From NCBI RefSeq assembly GCF_964194155.1, contig NC_135881.1, positions 156,240,001 to 156,304,000 of the forward strand: DNA of 64,000 nucleotides, written 5' to 3'. A program made the position numbers and the translations under genes. This stretch comes from Cetorhinus maximus (Eukaryota). The notes under the pieces were generated by a model. It saw nothing but the letters and a program-made list of their open reading frames with translations, was not told the origin of the DNA and did not search any database. This document shows, piece after piece, positions 1 to 13,359 of this stretch; position 1 is the stretch's first letter, and the number at the start of each line of letters is the position of its first letter.

Positions 1-965
1 GCTGTGAGCTCCCACTAAGTTATAAAAAGCAATACTGTTGGGCCAATGTGAACAGAGTGCTTCTCTGACTTGAGAGGAGTCAGGATCACCCCTATCCAGA
101 GCTTAACTGAAGGCCAGTGCTACAAGGCAGGTGACCCAACATTGAAACCTCATGCAAGCTGCCTGTCTATGCTGATGAGGCCCAAGGACCAATTTGCATC
201 AATCCTCAGCCTCTTGCTGCAGGAACATGCTGGTTTCTCAGCACCCAGTCTGGGTCTGAAAATGGGTGCTGACCAAAATGGACCCCCTAGTAGTTTCACA
301 CATCACATTTTTCCATTTCCTAAAACTAAAACACAAACCCACACACACATCAGCTCATCCAGATAATGTTTAGACATGACCTGAAAGTCTAGTCAGCAGC
401 AAGGCTACTTCTGTGAAGAAAAATTGGAAAATTGCTTGACATTTTTCAAAAGGCCATGCAATATAAATAGCTCTATCCTGTTTCTTGTTATGAATGATGG
501 TCACGTGAAAGCACATGTGAAGGCTTGTGTGAAGACATGTGATTCACCCAGCCTTTTCCACAATCTCCAAATTAATAGGCAGTTTTGGACACAAGAGTCA
601 ACAAATCATCTACACAACAGTTGCTAGCAACAGGTGGTCATCACATTATAGGCACAAATATGTCTGTGTACAAGCTCAGTGACAGATCTATTTTCAGTTA
701 GACATGACTAAATACCTCGTGCTCTGTACGTAATTAGTAAACCCACAACGAGATAAACCCAGCCTCGCCAAGTGGCCAGCCTACTTGCATTTTTTTTTAG
801 AAATACCATTCCATTCCCCATTACAGGCACCAAAACAGGCTACACAGGGAGCTTAGGAATGTAAAACTACGTGAGTAAACCAAAGTTGAAGGCAACATAT
901 GACAAAACCTTTCTATGCTTACATTTTATTGCAGGGTGTATTTGTTTAGCTCTGGTTCCTGTTTG

Positions 966-1820
966 TAGAATCATACATTAGAATCAGAGAAAGGTTCCAG
1001 TGCAGGTGGTGGTAACTGGATGGCTCTTTCAGAGAGCCATTTCTCATCCTTTTTTCCCCTTCGAGCGCTTATTTAATTCCCTTTTGAAAGGAACAACTGA
1101 ACCTGTCTCAACCACCCTTAAAATCATAGCCACTCGTTGAATTATAAAGTTTTTGCTCATGTCACCTTTGGTTCTTTTTGTCAATCACTTTAAATGTGCC
1201 CTTTGATTCTAGACCTTTCCACTAATGAAAGCAGTTTCTATCTACTTTTTCTAGATTCCTCATGATTTTGGGCACCTCTATCAAATCTCTTCCCAACCTT
1301 TCTTCTAAGAAGAACAGCCCCAGCTTCCCCAATCTATCCATGTAACTGAAGCCCCTCATTCCTCAAAACAAATCTCCAGTATCTTTTCTGCACCCTATCT
1401 AGTGCCTTCACACCATGCCTGAAGAGTGGTATCCGGAACCTGACTCAATACTCCTGTTAAGGTCGAGCCAGTGTTTTTAACGGTTCATCATAACTTCCTT
1501 GCTTTCGCTCTCAGTGTCTCTATTTATAAAACCCAAGATCCTATATGCTTTTTAAACTGATTTTGCAACCTGACTTCAGTGATTTGTACACATTTTCTCC
1601 CAGGTCTCTGTTCCTGCACCCCATTTAAAATTGTGCCCTTTAGCTTATATTGGCTCTCCTCTTTCTTCCTACCAAAATATATCATTTTGCACTTCTCTGC
1701 ATTAAATTTGTCCTGCCATTAGTCCATCTATTCCATCAGCCTATGTTCTCTTGAAATCTAATCACTATCCTCCTCACTCTGAGAAACAGTTGCTCATTGC
1801 TAATCTGTTTCCTGTTCTTT
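966..1820 (-). mobile_element. Degenerate CR1 LINE 3' fragment
   Basis: (tagaatca)-type tail and decayed post-RT motif of the WQ.KFNAEKCK..YFGRK type on the minus strand. Confidence 0.8.
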
Positions 1821-2477
1821 AGGTGATCTTTGTGTTACAGTTGAACTAAAGGTGATTTTTTAAAAATTGAGGATCGCTGGTGAAAGGATAACAGCAATAA
1901 TGTAGTACACCTGTAAGACTGAAAACAGGATAGAGGAAGAGCTAAGTCGAGGTCTAATAAGATGACACCAAACTTCGATTTTTAAAAAAAATTGACGATA
2001 GGCAATAAATTCAGATCTGTAAATAGAGGCTGCCAGAGGTGGTGCTACAGAAGCCAGAGGCTCTCAGAGTGACATGCAGCACCTCTATCACAGCCTGTCC
2101 AATGCCCCATGCTAGGGAGGGAGCTTCCGTGTGTCCCGTGTGCATTGATGCCTCCCAACTGATGTCAGTGCATCAAGCACCCATACCAGCAGATTGGATA
2201 CTCTCCATTTACAAACTTGAATCATGAAGGCCCATTCAACATACACTGAGCTGCAAGAGGCCGGCATAAGCATTATTTAAGGACCAGGCACCTAACTTGC
2301 ACGCAAAATAATTTGGAATAACTTCTGCTATTGCAAAGTCTCTGGAAGTCCAGTGGAGTGTTTTTAGACGTGTCGTGGTGAGTCACTGGATTTGGTGAGA
2401 AGTGTTTCTGCACCCTCACAGGGAAGGCACAGGATCTGGTGACCTGCTCATTTAAAGACTGCAACAGGTCTGGAAGA

Positions 2478-3263
2478 AGAAAGCAAAATACTGCGGATGC
2501 TGGAAATCTGAAACAAAAACACAAAAATGCTGGAAAAACTCAGGTCTGGCAGCAGCTGTGGAGAGAGGAACAGTGTTAATGTTTCGAGTCTGTATGACTC
2601 TTCTTCAGGAATAAAGAAAAATAGAAATGTGATGGACTTTATACTGTTTTAAAAGGAGGTGGAGCAGGTGAAGCAAGATAGGTCAGGGATAGGTGGGAGC
2701 TAAGGAGAGATTGACAAAGGTGTCATGGACACAAGAACAAAGAGAGTGTTAATGGTAGTGACAAGGACTAGAGAAGGTGCTGATAGTGGCAGAATGTGTT
2801 AAAAGCAGAACAAGGGTGAAAGTGCAACATAGAAACAAGTGACAGGTGGCCCTGTGGAGGTTAGTGGGGTTGGGGGTGGGGGGGGAGGGGGGGGAGGCGA
2901 ATAACATATGAATGAATAAAAATAAAAAATGAAAATTAAAATGAAGAAAATTAAAATTGAAATAAATTATTTTTAAAAATTGGATTAAAAAAAGGAGTAG
3001 AGATGGAGGAGAGAGTTCATGGTCTGAAGTGGAACTCTTAAGTCTGGGAAGTCTGTTAAGTGCCTAGTCGGAAGATGAGGTGCTGTTCCTCCAGTTTGCG
3101 TTGAGCTTCACTGGAACAATGCAGCAGGCCAAGGACAGACATGTGGGAATCATAGCAGGGTGGAGTGTTGAAATGGCAAGCAACAGGGAGGTCTGGGTCA
3201 TTCTTGCGCCCTGAGCAAAAGTGTTCCGCAAAGAGGTCACCCAGTCTGTGTTTAGTCTCCCCA
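2478..3263 (-). mobile_element. Penelope-like element 3' fragment (end of GIY-YIG endonuclease plus pLTR)
   Basis: GETKHRLGDLFAEH...VACHFN...EEQHLIFRLGT matches the 17798-18505 endonuclease; same pLTR tail. Confidence 0.9.
2575..2612 (-). ncRNA. Minimal type I hammerhead ribozyme, partly decayed
   Basis: Minus strand reads CTGAAGA-A-GAGTC-ataca-GACTC-GAAA-CATT; perfect stem II, but ACGT has decayed to ACAT and stem I is damaged. Confidence 0.65.
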
Positions 3264-3264
3264 G

Positions 3265-4270
3265 GTCTGAGGGCTCCAGCAGCAGTGCCTCTGGGTCTGT
3301 AACATGACAAGGAGTTGGAGCAGAGGCTGCAGAGAGGGCAGCTCTGCGAAGCCATCTGCCAAACTGGAGCTGAACTCCATGCTCCTTGACAGCGACAGGA
3401 GGCAGTCTGCGATTTCATCCTCCAGTGAACTGACACACAAACTATTCTTTCTTGTCCTGGCTGCAGCCTTCCCGGTGACTCACCACATAGATCTCAGCTC
3501 TTTCCCAGCCTTTTAAGGTACAAACAGTGCCAGTATCTGAGCTTGTGGCTCGAGTGTCAGGTCAAGTGACAGGTTTTTTCATCAGTGCTGCGCTGTGCTG
3601 TTGCTTTCTCTTCTGGGTGTGCTGTGGTTGGGCAGGTGGCAGCTCTTGAGTGGCTGAAAGCAGGAAGAAAGGGGAAGGTTGGGATGAGGGAAGGAAGTTG
3701 GGTTTGAAAGCAAGAGATTCACAGTCATATCACCTGCATTTGCTCATGCCCAGGTTCCAGGATGAAGGTGAACTGGGATTTGAGAAGGGGCATAAGGCAC
3801 AAACATGCCATCATGCTCAATATTCCAAGTGACATCAGATACCAATGGTCTCTGCCACACTGGTCCCATAAGGTGGAGAACCATCTTCTCCATAGGGCTC
3901 AGGATGTGCAGGTATCCTCTTCACCACCAGTTCTGCTCTGTTCCTTTCTATTGTGGGCCACACTGTCCTACAAGAGAGGGAAGATGGTCAATGTTGGATT
4001 GGGTTTGGGTGATTGCCTGCCACAGCTGAATAGCTGGAAATATTTAGCAAGCTCTATGTGAGGATGGCATTATTGGAATGTGTATTAGGGTGAAGTGGAG
4101 TATCTGGATGGTAAGACAGGGACTGCTAATGGGTAAGTTATGCACTAAGCACCATGTGAAGCTGTATGAAATGTCATGTGAAGATGTGTTCACCAGCCTT
4201 GGCCATGCACATGAGGTCATCACACTTCACTGCCAGGTCCTTTGGACTAGGTCCTTTGGGTCAAACTCTG
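3265..4270 (-). mobile_element. Probable decayed Harbinger Myb/SANT-gene relic
   Basis: Broken QRTWQ-like Myb/SANT segment near 4210-4260 and coiled-coil-like LSLSRSMEFSSSL segment; weak similarity only. Confidence 0.35.
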
Positions 4271-4925
4271 CTAACTGATTTCCATCGGCCCCGATTTTCA
4301 CAGGAATGAATTGTTAATTAGTTTGGGGTGGGTTCAGCAACCAATCAAAAACTGTGGATGTGGGAATGGAGGTGGGACTGAAAGAGTGCAGAGCCCAAGT
4401 TAAACAGAACATAGCTGCCATTACTGTGGCTGTCATTCACTGATTCAATTTCAGTATCAGTCATGGAGCAGGAAAAGCAAAGGCTGGAATCTAGGGCAAG
4501 GATGCCCCCTCCCTTGTTGGTGCTGATCTGGAATTCCTCCTCAAGAGTGAGGGAGAGATGGGTGGAAGAAGGCCATGCTCCCAATCCAAGCAATCCTGGC
4601 TGGCTAGAGGTAAATGAGGAAGTTAGCAGATGGACCTGGGTGCAGTGGGCCTTTGACATTGGCTACAGAGGCTGGCAGTACCTTATTTCACTCTTTTGTC
4701 TTTACACAAGGAATGGGATCACAATGGCCATGAAAGAATGCAGACTGAAGGAGGGGGCCCCATCCTTCACATTATCACTACAATAGAAATGGAAATCGCC
4801 AGGGTGGCTCACCACACACGTCAGGGAAGGGGGAATCTCTGGTGGAGTGAATAGAATCTGGAAAGTGCAGATTAAGGGAGGTGCAGTGCACTTCATCCTC
4901 TCGGACAGCATGCCAAAGACCTAGC

Positions 4926-5652
4926 TGTTACAATTATGAGGTTTATAAGACTATGTTTTGGACCATGTCTTTAGACTTAGGGCAAAAAGGGGGTCATGTG
5001 ACAATTCTAAATTCAGCCTGACAAGATGGCTGATTAGTTATGGGATTGCCTGAGCAAGGTGTAAAATTCTCACACCTGGGAACAAAAGGCAAGGGCAGCT
5101 GTGCTAACAGTAAATAGACTTGCTGGCTCCAAGCTTTTGGGGCAGAAAGATAAGAGGGGGAAAAGACCAGTTGCCGTGGTCGGCAGAGAAGAGGCTTCAA
5201 GTTTCTTGTGAGCTAACAAAGCTGGATGCAGGAGGGAGATGGTCTCTAGTTGAATAGGTGCATTCCATTGCCATCTAAGGAATCTGGGAGATTTGTCCTG
5301 CATGGCCAGAGGGTTGAGGGAGAAGAATCATGGGAGTGGACTTTACTGCCAGTAGTGGATCTGGAAAACTCTCCAAAAACAGAGAAGTGCCTGGAGATGG
5401 TCCCCCTAAATTACTACTTGGCAAAATAGGAAAGCGTGAACCCACTGGAAGTGACTGTGTACTGTTTGCTGTAAGGACATTCTATGGAGAGTGTGTTGTG
5501 TGATCAGTATAAAAGAGAAATGTTCCGTTGCATCGTTTAGAATATGAGTTGCCTACAAAATTAACGTTTCGTTAATAGTCTTTTTAGTAATTTATGAGTG
5601 AAAATCTTAAAACGTGAAATATTATTGTGTCATCCTTATTAGCTATTAACTG
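4926..5652 (+). mobile_element. Solo-LTR-like repeat, family A, 3' end lost
   Basis: Starts TGTTACAA and shares gggggtcatgtgac and downstream blocks with the copies at 54841 and 55958. Confidence 0.6.
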
Positions 5653-5760
5653 AAACATAGAAAATAGGAGGAGGGAGGTCGTCATTTGGCCCTTCAAGCC
5701 TGCTCTGCCATTCAGTATGATCATGGCTGATACTCCTCTCTCTCCTCATACCCCTTGACG
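5653..5760 (-). mobile_element. CR1 3' tail fragment
   Basis: aacatagaaaatagga...ggcccttcaagcctgctctgccattca...atcatggctgat, as in the other CR1 tails here. Confidence 0.7.
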
Positions 5761-6125
5761 CCTCAGCTCGGTCAGGGCAGATGCACCAGAGGACAGAAGC
5801 AGCACTTCAAGGATTTGCTGAAAACCAACAAGAAGAAATGCAATCCTGACATTAACTCCCGAGAGACCGTTCCCTTGGGTTGAACCAGATTGTGGCAGAG
5901 TCTGTGGGAAGGATCCCAGCATTGTGAGACCCAATGACAAAAAATGAAGAAGAAAATCGAGAACGGTGAAAGGAACACACCATGAGCTAAACTGATAATA
6001 CACAACCAGACATCCCCCATGACAACAAATGTCCTACGTGCCATTAAGTCTGCAAATCCTGAATTGGCTTCATCAGCCATCTTTGGACTCATGGAAGACA
6101 ATCGTCTTCGCTAGCAAGGGATAGC
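5761..6125 (+). mobile_element. RTE-clade LINE 3' fragment
   Basis: QKQHFKDLLKTNKKKCN and decayed C-terminal zinc finger CPTCH*VCKS*IGFISHLWTH. Confidence 0.7.
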
Positions 6126-6129
6126 CAAT

Positions 6130-6811
6130 AGTAATAAGTGCACAGGAGGCGGTGAGAGAAGTGGAGCAGTTGTGGGAAGTCCTGCTTGGAGGACGAAGGA
6201 TGGAGGGCAGTCAGAGCCCTATTCAGCTGAGCACAGATACAAAGTCATAGGAATCACAAGATGTGTTACCATGTGTCAGAGTTCCCTGAGTCAGTGCATG
6301 GTCATGGGCTGCAAATAGAGGAGTCTATTCAGCTCCTGTCAGCCATCATTGCTCAGAACTTTGAGTACATGAGCTCCTCCATTGAGAGAGTGGCCAACCA
6401 CATGATAAGCCATATGCAGCAGAACTGTGTGCTGCTGTACACAGGATGCATGCCTCTCTATGTAGCCTTGTCCAGTCACTGATGGTGCAGGTATGACTGG
6501 AGGGGATGCCAGTTGCACCCCAACTGGTGCTGCCCTCCATCTGGATTGACAGCCACGGGCTGGGGCAATCAACAAAGAAGATGAGGGTACCCGCTCCCTG
6601 TGGCGTTGCTGAGATTGCTGGCCCTCTGATTGGTTGGCAAATCTTGGGAGCTGGCACCCATCCTACAAAGGGAAGGGAGTCACAACGGCAATTAATTAGT
6701 TTCTGGACAGCTGAAATTGCAGCCAAAATCCCACTAACATCTGAGGCGGTGTTACTGCTGGCTTTTGGGCCCATCATTGGGGCCACTGCTGTGCTGACAA
6801 AATTCCGGCCT
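6130..6811. mobile_element. Harbinger-like relic or MITE
   Basis: Coiled-coil-like IEESIQLLS...SSSIERVAN peptide; ends in aaaattccggcc, resembling the TIR of the 50627-54815 element. Confidence 0.4.
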
Positions 6812-9800
6812 CTGTGACCATCTGTATGGATAGACACAGTCTCTTGCAGCATTGGTTCTCCAATATTTCCAGGATGCTGATGTTCTATTTCCTTCCTTCC
6901 CCTCATCCCTCTCCTCGTGCCCTCGTGTCTTTTCTGCCGTAGATGTTCATTGCCAGCTGACCTAAAATGAGAGTCATGCTCTCATTGCCTACTGCTGCCT
7001 TCCTTGCGCTCAAATGGCCCCCCAATTGTGTCTAGAAGCTTGGCCCCCTGCCCTTATGCCCCACAATGCCAGCAGGATGACAACCCCCTGAACTAGCAGA
7101 GTGCATACAGACTCTCTCCCTGCAACTCTTGCAGACCAAATGGTGCCTGTGTGTAATGAGCCATTACCTCTTTCATGGAGCCCAACCTAGGTTCTTGGGG
7201 TGACCATGACTGGCTCTCTGTTGTGTTGCATCTCTATGCACCTGGTCTGCCTTTGACTAATGTGTCCCCACCAAAATCTCAACATGTCCTTCTCCAGCAC
7301 TTTAACAACCTTAAATTGAGCTAATTTGCTGATCGGTGGGTTCCCGTGCCCACACCCCCGCCCCTGATGAAACTCATCAGCAGCAGGAAACCAGCTTGCC
7401 AGAAAGTGCCACTATTTTTGTCATCTGCTCATCTTTGTTCCTGCCCCCAGAGGTATTTAAAAGTCCAGCCCGAAAAGAGTATAACTGCCACTGGTGTATT
7501 AATACAAAACAAGGAATTGCATTGAATTTCACGTCCATGGGATTGTTGTAGGCTTTTCATAGGTGACAAAAAGAAAAAAGGTGTTTGAAGCAGCACTAAA
7601 GACTGATTAACTCTGAAATGCTGCCCACTGACATTGATTAAAGTAGTACTGATGCCATAGCAGGAGCCACATTCATATAGATAAACAAAATATCTCACTA
7701 ATATTAATGACATTGTGGTATTTGTTTAACTTGTGGCAAAGATCCCATACCTCTGAGGAACTACAGTCATTAGTGAGCTATCTTTATGCGTACAATTAGC
7801 ATCTGAAGCAAATGGAAAATTCCAACCTCCTCTCATACATGTGACATTAACGGCTGATGTCTGAAGCAATGGAAAACAAAATAGGCCAATAGATGTCAAG
7901 GATTCATTGATCAGCCGTTGAACAAAGGATGATTTTCATTCCAGCGAACCTTTATGTGTATTTTCGTTCTTCCTTTCTATACCAGTTTGGACTGAAGTTT
8001 GCAACCACTATCCAGGCATATAAATGGAATTGCAGTTTGTGCACAATTCTAAGTGTGTTTCAAATGGACACCAATAATACTTTTAAAATGAGTTACAATA
8101 GATCTCTTTTCCCCCATTGATTTGACACTTAACAATTCAGCTCCCAGTTTATACTAATTTAAAAATATGAAGAGTTAATTGATATTAATAGTTAATACAG
8201 CAATCAGTTAACTGATATGTTATAGCCTCAACAGTTAACTAACACGTTATATGTTTGGAAGAAAATTTAACAATTAAATGCCTGTGAAATCTATTTTGGT
8301 GGTAAAAAAACATTGATAATTCAATATTCATTATAGTATTTTCACTACTGACTGAATTTGACCCAACTTAAGGAATGATGGAAAAGGGTTTGTGGAAGCA
8401 GGGGCAAAGGGAAGTGTAATATCTTCAATATAAAGACTCTTCCTCCATCTACAGATTTTAAAAATATGTTATTGTTCCTAGTAGTGCTCCACTAATGTAC
8501 ACAACAGAATTGCTGGTCAATGCTCTCATCATGGGAGTCAGAGTGACACCCATTCCTAGACCATGTGCACTCCCACGTCCAGCAGAGCAATCTCACAGTT
8601 CCAATATAGCAACTTGATTTTAAAAAGTTAGTACCCAGCTCATACATCAGCTATCTTTTAGCCGACTGACTAGATACTCTTCAGAGGCTCTTCAGTGAGC
8701 AACTAATGACATAAAATGTTGCGATTACAGCAGGGAATTCCTTTCCAAGCCTACCCTGTACCCTTTTACAAACAAATTTGCCTGACATACTCTACATGTA
8801 GTTTTCTGAAACAGCAATAAAAAGATCCCAGTGCAAAATATCTATTTGAGTTAAAAGGAGACATTCTCTTTTTCAAAAATCTGTAAATGACAGGCTATTA
8901 ATACACTTCAAGTAAAATATAATTATTTTGAAAATTAACATTCAGAGACTGTTCACAAAGATCTGTCTACAATCATCCACCACGAATGCACATTGGAAAT
9001 TCAGGCTTGGAAGTCAGTGTACCAGCAAAATTTTTTTTAGCTATTCATGTTAATACCCAAAAACTAGGTACTGCTCACCAATGACCTTAAGTTTTCAATA
9101 TGCATTTCTTAAGTGGGCAAAACTCTATGCCAGCATCCGAATTTACAAAATTCTTTAGGAGTAAAAGATGTGCTTCAAGAGGTTTTGATGTTGAAAAATG
9201 TCTTACTTCATTGCAATTGAAGAATCTCTATTCTAAAGCTTAGTCTACAAAAACGTCCCTTTACATGGTACAAAAATTAAGGCAATGTTATCCGGAAATA
9301 GAATCAAAAAGAAAAGATGCAGTATACATGCAATTTAAACTTCATTTACATCAATACTTTAACAAACAGCAATGAAAAATGTACAGGTCCACTTGAAAAA
9401 ATTATAGAATTCTGATCAAGGTTTTACTTTTAAGTGTTAACTTTCGCTTTCCAGTGCTGATCTATTTGCTATGCAATCCCAGCTATTTTACTTTTAAACA
9501 AATTTGCAGATTGAGAATTTTGTTAATTCAACTTCTATACATGGCTCTAGCAAAAATCACCTCTATGTATACAAATTCAGTGAAGAATTAGATTCCATCA
9601 ATGCAGTCACTTCAGTAAAACATTACACCAATATCAAAAGGACTTTAAATACCTTATTGCTGATCCAAAAATATTCCTTTCAGCCATCTCAGGCATTTAT
9701 TTTAAGTTCTTTGAATCTTCTATCACAGCTACTGCAAAGAGTGCTGGTGTATTATTAAGTATACTCTAGTAGTTTCTTCTAAAACAGTTATTATTCAAGA

Positions 9801-10193
9801 GGCTGTCTGCTAAGGTCTTCATAGAAAAATGACAGTCTGTAGTTTCTCTGACTCTAGTGAACGTGATATGGATATGAGTGAGTCAATCCTGGTTATCTTA
9901 TGTTGGTTGCTTCTAAAAATACTGAAAAGGTCATATCACATTCCAAGAACTGAAAGATCTAACACATTGAAGTTCAGAAACATTCTTTTGAGGATATGCC
10001 ATGGAGCAACTTCATTAAATTTATTGAATTTTTTTTTACCCCATTCCTGCTTCTCTAATAACCCCTAAATTTTCTCACCAATCTCTGGGTCAAGTGAAGT
10101 GAGGCACAGATCCTGTTGAGTCCGTTATATTAAGTGTTCATTGGGAAATGAGAGCAGCGTGTGCATGGATGGAAATATGAAACTGTCATTTGG

Positions 10194-11440
10194 TATAAGA
10201 ACATAAGAAATAGAAGCAGTAGGCCGAACAACCCCTGATCTTCTGCCTCTACTCCACTTTCCTACCTGCTGCCCATACCCCTTGATTCTCTGTGACACCA
10301 AAATTCTTAACAATGGAGCATCCACAACTCTCCTGGGTAGAGAATTCAAAAGGTTCACAACCCCTTCAGTGAAGAAATTTATCCTCATCTCAGTCCTAAA
10401 TGATTGACTTCTTATCCTGAGACTGTGACCCTGTGTTTTAGATACCCCAGCCAAGGGAAACAATCTCTCAGTGTCTACCCTGTCAAGCTCCTTCAGCATC
10501 TCTATGTTTCAATGAGATCACCACTTATTCTTCTAAGCTCCAGATAGTATAGACACAATTTACTCAGCCTCTCATCATAGGACAACTGTCTCATCCCAGG
10601 AACCAGCCTAATGAACCTTTGCTGAACCACCTCTAATGCAAGTATATCCTTCCTTAAATATGGAGACCACAACAACAAGAATACTCCAGGTGTGGTCTCT
10701 CCAAAGCCCTGCACAATTGTAGCAAAACTTCCTTATTCTTGTACTCCAATTCCCTTGCAATAAAAGCCAACATGCCATTTTCCTACCTAATTGCTTGCTG
10801 TATCTACAAGGAACACAGTTAGCATGTAAGAGTACAACCAAATCTCTATGAATATCAACATTTACAAGTTTCATTAAAAAATATTCTGCTTTTCTACTCT
10901 TACTACCAAAGTGAATAACCTCACCCTTCCCCCACATCATATTCCAACTGCCACCTTGTTGCCCCTTCACTTAATCTATCTCTTTGTAGCGCCTTTTTGT
11001 TCTCCTCAGTTTACATTCCCACCCAGCTTTGTATCAAGCTTAGATAGATTATGCTACATCATGTCATGAATATGGATTGTAACTAGCTGAAGCTCCAGCA
11101 CTGATTCTTGCAATGCTCCACCACTAGTTACAGCCTCCCAACTTTAAAATGTCTCGTTTGTCCCTACTCTGCTTCCTGTCCATTAACCAAACTTCTATCC
11201 ATGCTGGTTTATTAGCTCCAACTCCATGCACCCTCATCTTGAATATTAGCCTTTTGTATGACACCACCTTGAATGCCTTTTGGAAATCCAAGTATACATT
11301 ACTGATTCTCCTTTATTTATCCAAGTAATATCCACAAAATTTGTCAAATGTGGCTCTTTTGTAAAACAATGTTGACTTTGTTTATTCATACTATGATTTT
11401 CTAAAGGCATCAAGACTTCTTTAATAATAAATTCCAGCAA
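10194..11440 (-). mobile_element. Degenerate CR1 LINE 3' part
   Basis: (ataagaac) tail; broken ORFs with WSPYLRKDILALE, CEVIHFG-like and KQSQH motifs. Confidence 0.9.
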
Positions 11441-13359
11441 ATCAACATCTGTTCATTTTGTGTGCCATGTGATGATTAAGTACTTTTTTTCACATGCCCC
11501 AATTTTGTATGTATGTGTGCATGGGGGGTACTTCCTGGCTTCTTCCTTTCCCCCAATTCTTAATTCCAAATGTTTGTACGTGACTGGTTTCAGGGGATGC
11601 TAAGGATCCACTGTCTAGATTCTCTTTCTTTCCTCTCCATGAAGAAGTTACTTGGCTTACCTCACTGCAACAGTATAGCTGAGATTCAGAATTCAGTGGG
11701 GCAAGCAAGTTTGCATGAGCCATCTAGTGATTCTGAAGAGGAGATCACAAAAACCAACTGGTCCAAATTTAATTTTTTTGGTCCAAAAATTAATCTTTGA
11801 TAAATTATTGATCATAGAAACCTAACTTTAGCTATTCCACACCAACAATTACAGGATTTTTTTTCTCTGCCTGGAAAATGGCTGCGTATTTGAAATTATT
11901 TCCAATAATTTTTACCCTTCCCTTATTTTGATTTTCAGGTCACAGCTACTCGGTTTTTGGCACTGCAATGCTAATAATTGATAAGTGGCTAAGAGCTTTG
12001 CTGACAATTTGCAAGGAGATTTTCTCTTCTCCCCTCAGTTTAAAAAAAGCCCGTCAATCAGTTTGGCAGCCAAAGATGAATCTTTCCGTTCTGTGACATC
12101 ACTTCATCTTAATATTTATTTCTGTTTTAACATGAGCTAAGAAAAGCAGGCACAGAACGATTGGAATTACTAGGATAGGATTACTTTGTGACATTATCAT
12201 TTAATATGTTTGTATCAAATTGCTTTCTCTGTTTATTAACTGGGGTGTCAGCCCACTTACTTTAAATCAGTTAAAATTAATTGGTATATAAATCGTGGGG
12301 AACATGCCTACATTTTCCTACTATACCCTTGATCAGCTTATTTTCACACCTTCAATAGGAGTGCTACAATCGACCCTACAGAGTTCTGCAATGGCAAGCG
12401 AGCTGAACATGAGCAGGTAGATCCCAGAATTTTCTGGCATTGTGATTTCAACAGTGTTCATTAATTTACTTAAATCAGGGTTGGCTTCAGTAACTCCACC
12501 CACTCAATATCACCACAGCAGCAACATCATCATTCATCCAATTGGTGTCATCAGCAGGTTCATTTTTGAAAAGTTAAATTTAAAAGAAACAGAAAGAAAC
12601 ATTATTTCTTTCCCCCTTAACTAAGCCAATTCAAACAAATAATAGGGACACTTATTTGAAGCACATCATATGTAAAAATATTTACATGGGAGTAAGAAAA
12701 GAGCTCAAAGTTCAAATATTTTCAAAAATTAAATTATTCCACCTCGAGAGTTTTATAGGATGCTTCAGAAGATGTTGGGAAATGTAGTGAACAAAGATGG
12801 AACAAGCGTCTTTGGATTGCGCAGTTGTGTTTACAACTCAATAGCTACTATTTCTAAAGTAGGCACAGCATTACATGCCTCTAACCCATTGATTTTTATT
12901 TATAGGTCAGAACAAGATCGCTGGATAGAAATAATAATTCAGTGGCACATGAACAGCTGCCACCCTAACGACTGACATTTCTTCCAAACAGAATCACCTA
13001 GCAATACTGTTATAGCACCAGCGATCGTTATCAGGAAAACAAATAGAACACAGTTTGTCCAAACTGAAAGTCTCGTAGCATTAACATCGCAACTAATCTG
13101 TATTCAAACTCTAAACTCAGTGGGAAGTGCCAGGGAGAGATGAAATACTTACTCAAAGAGAAATGGAAACCAACAACATGCATTTAATGTAAAAAATATT
13201 CCTAAAGCATGTTATAGAGACTTAACTAGTCAAAAATTGACACCGAGCCAGTTATTATAAGGGGTGACTAAAAGTTTGGCGAAAAGTCATTGAATCATAA
13301 CGCAGGAGGTGGCCATTCTACCCATCACACCTATGCCGGCTCAAGGTAAAGCAAGAAAG

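Noticed and set aside
9409-9495. Possible further hammerhead (ttctgatcaagg...) in a faint PLE-like tail
   Set aside because: Core and GAAA are lost; too decayed to call
11939-12096. Plus-strand acceptor followed by about 50 open codons
   Set aside because: No partner exon or recognisable motif; compatible with chance
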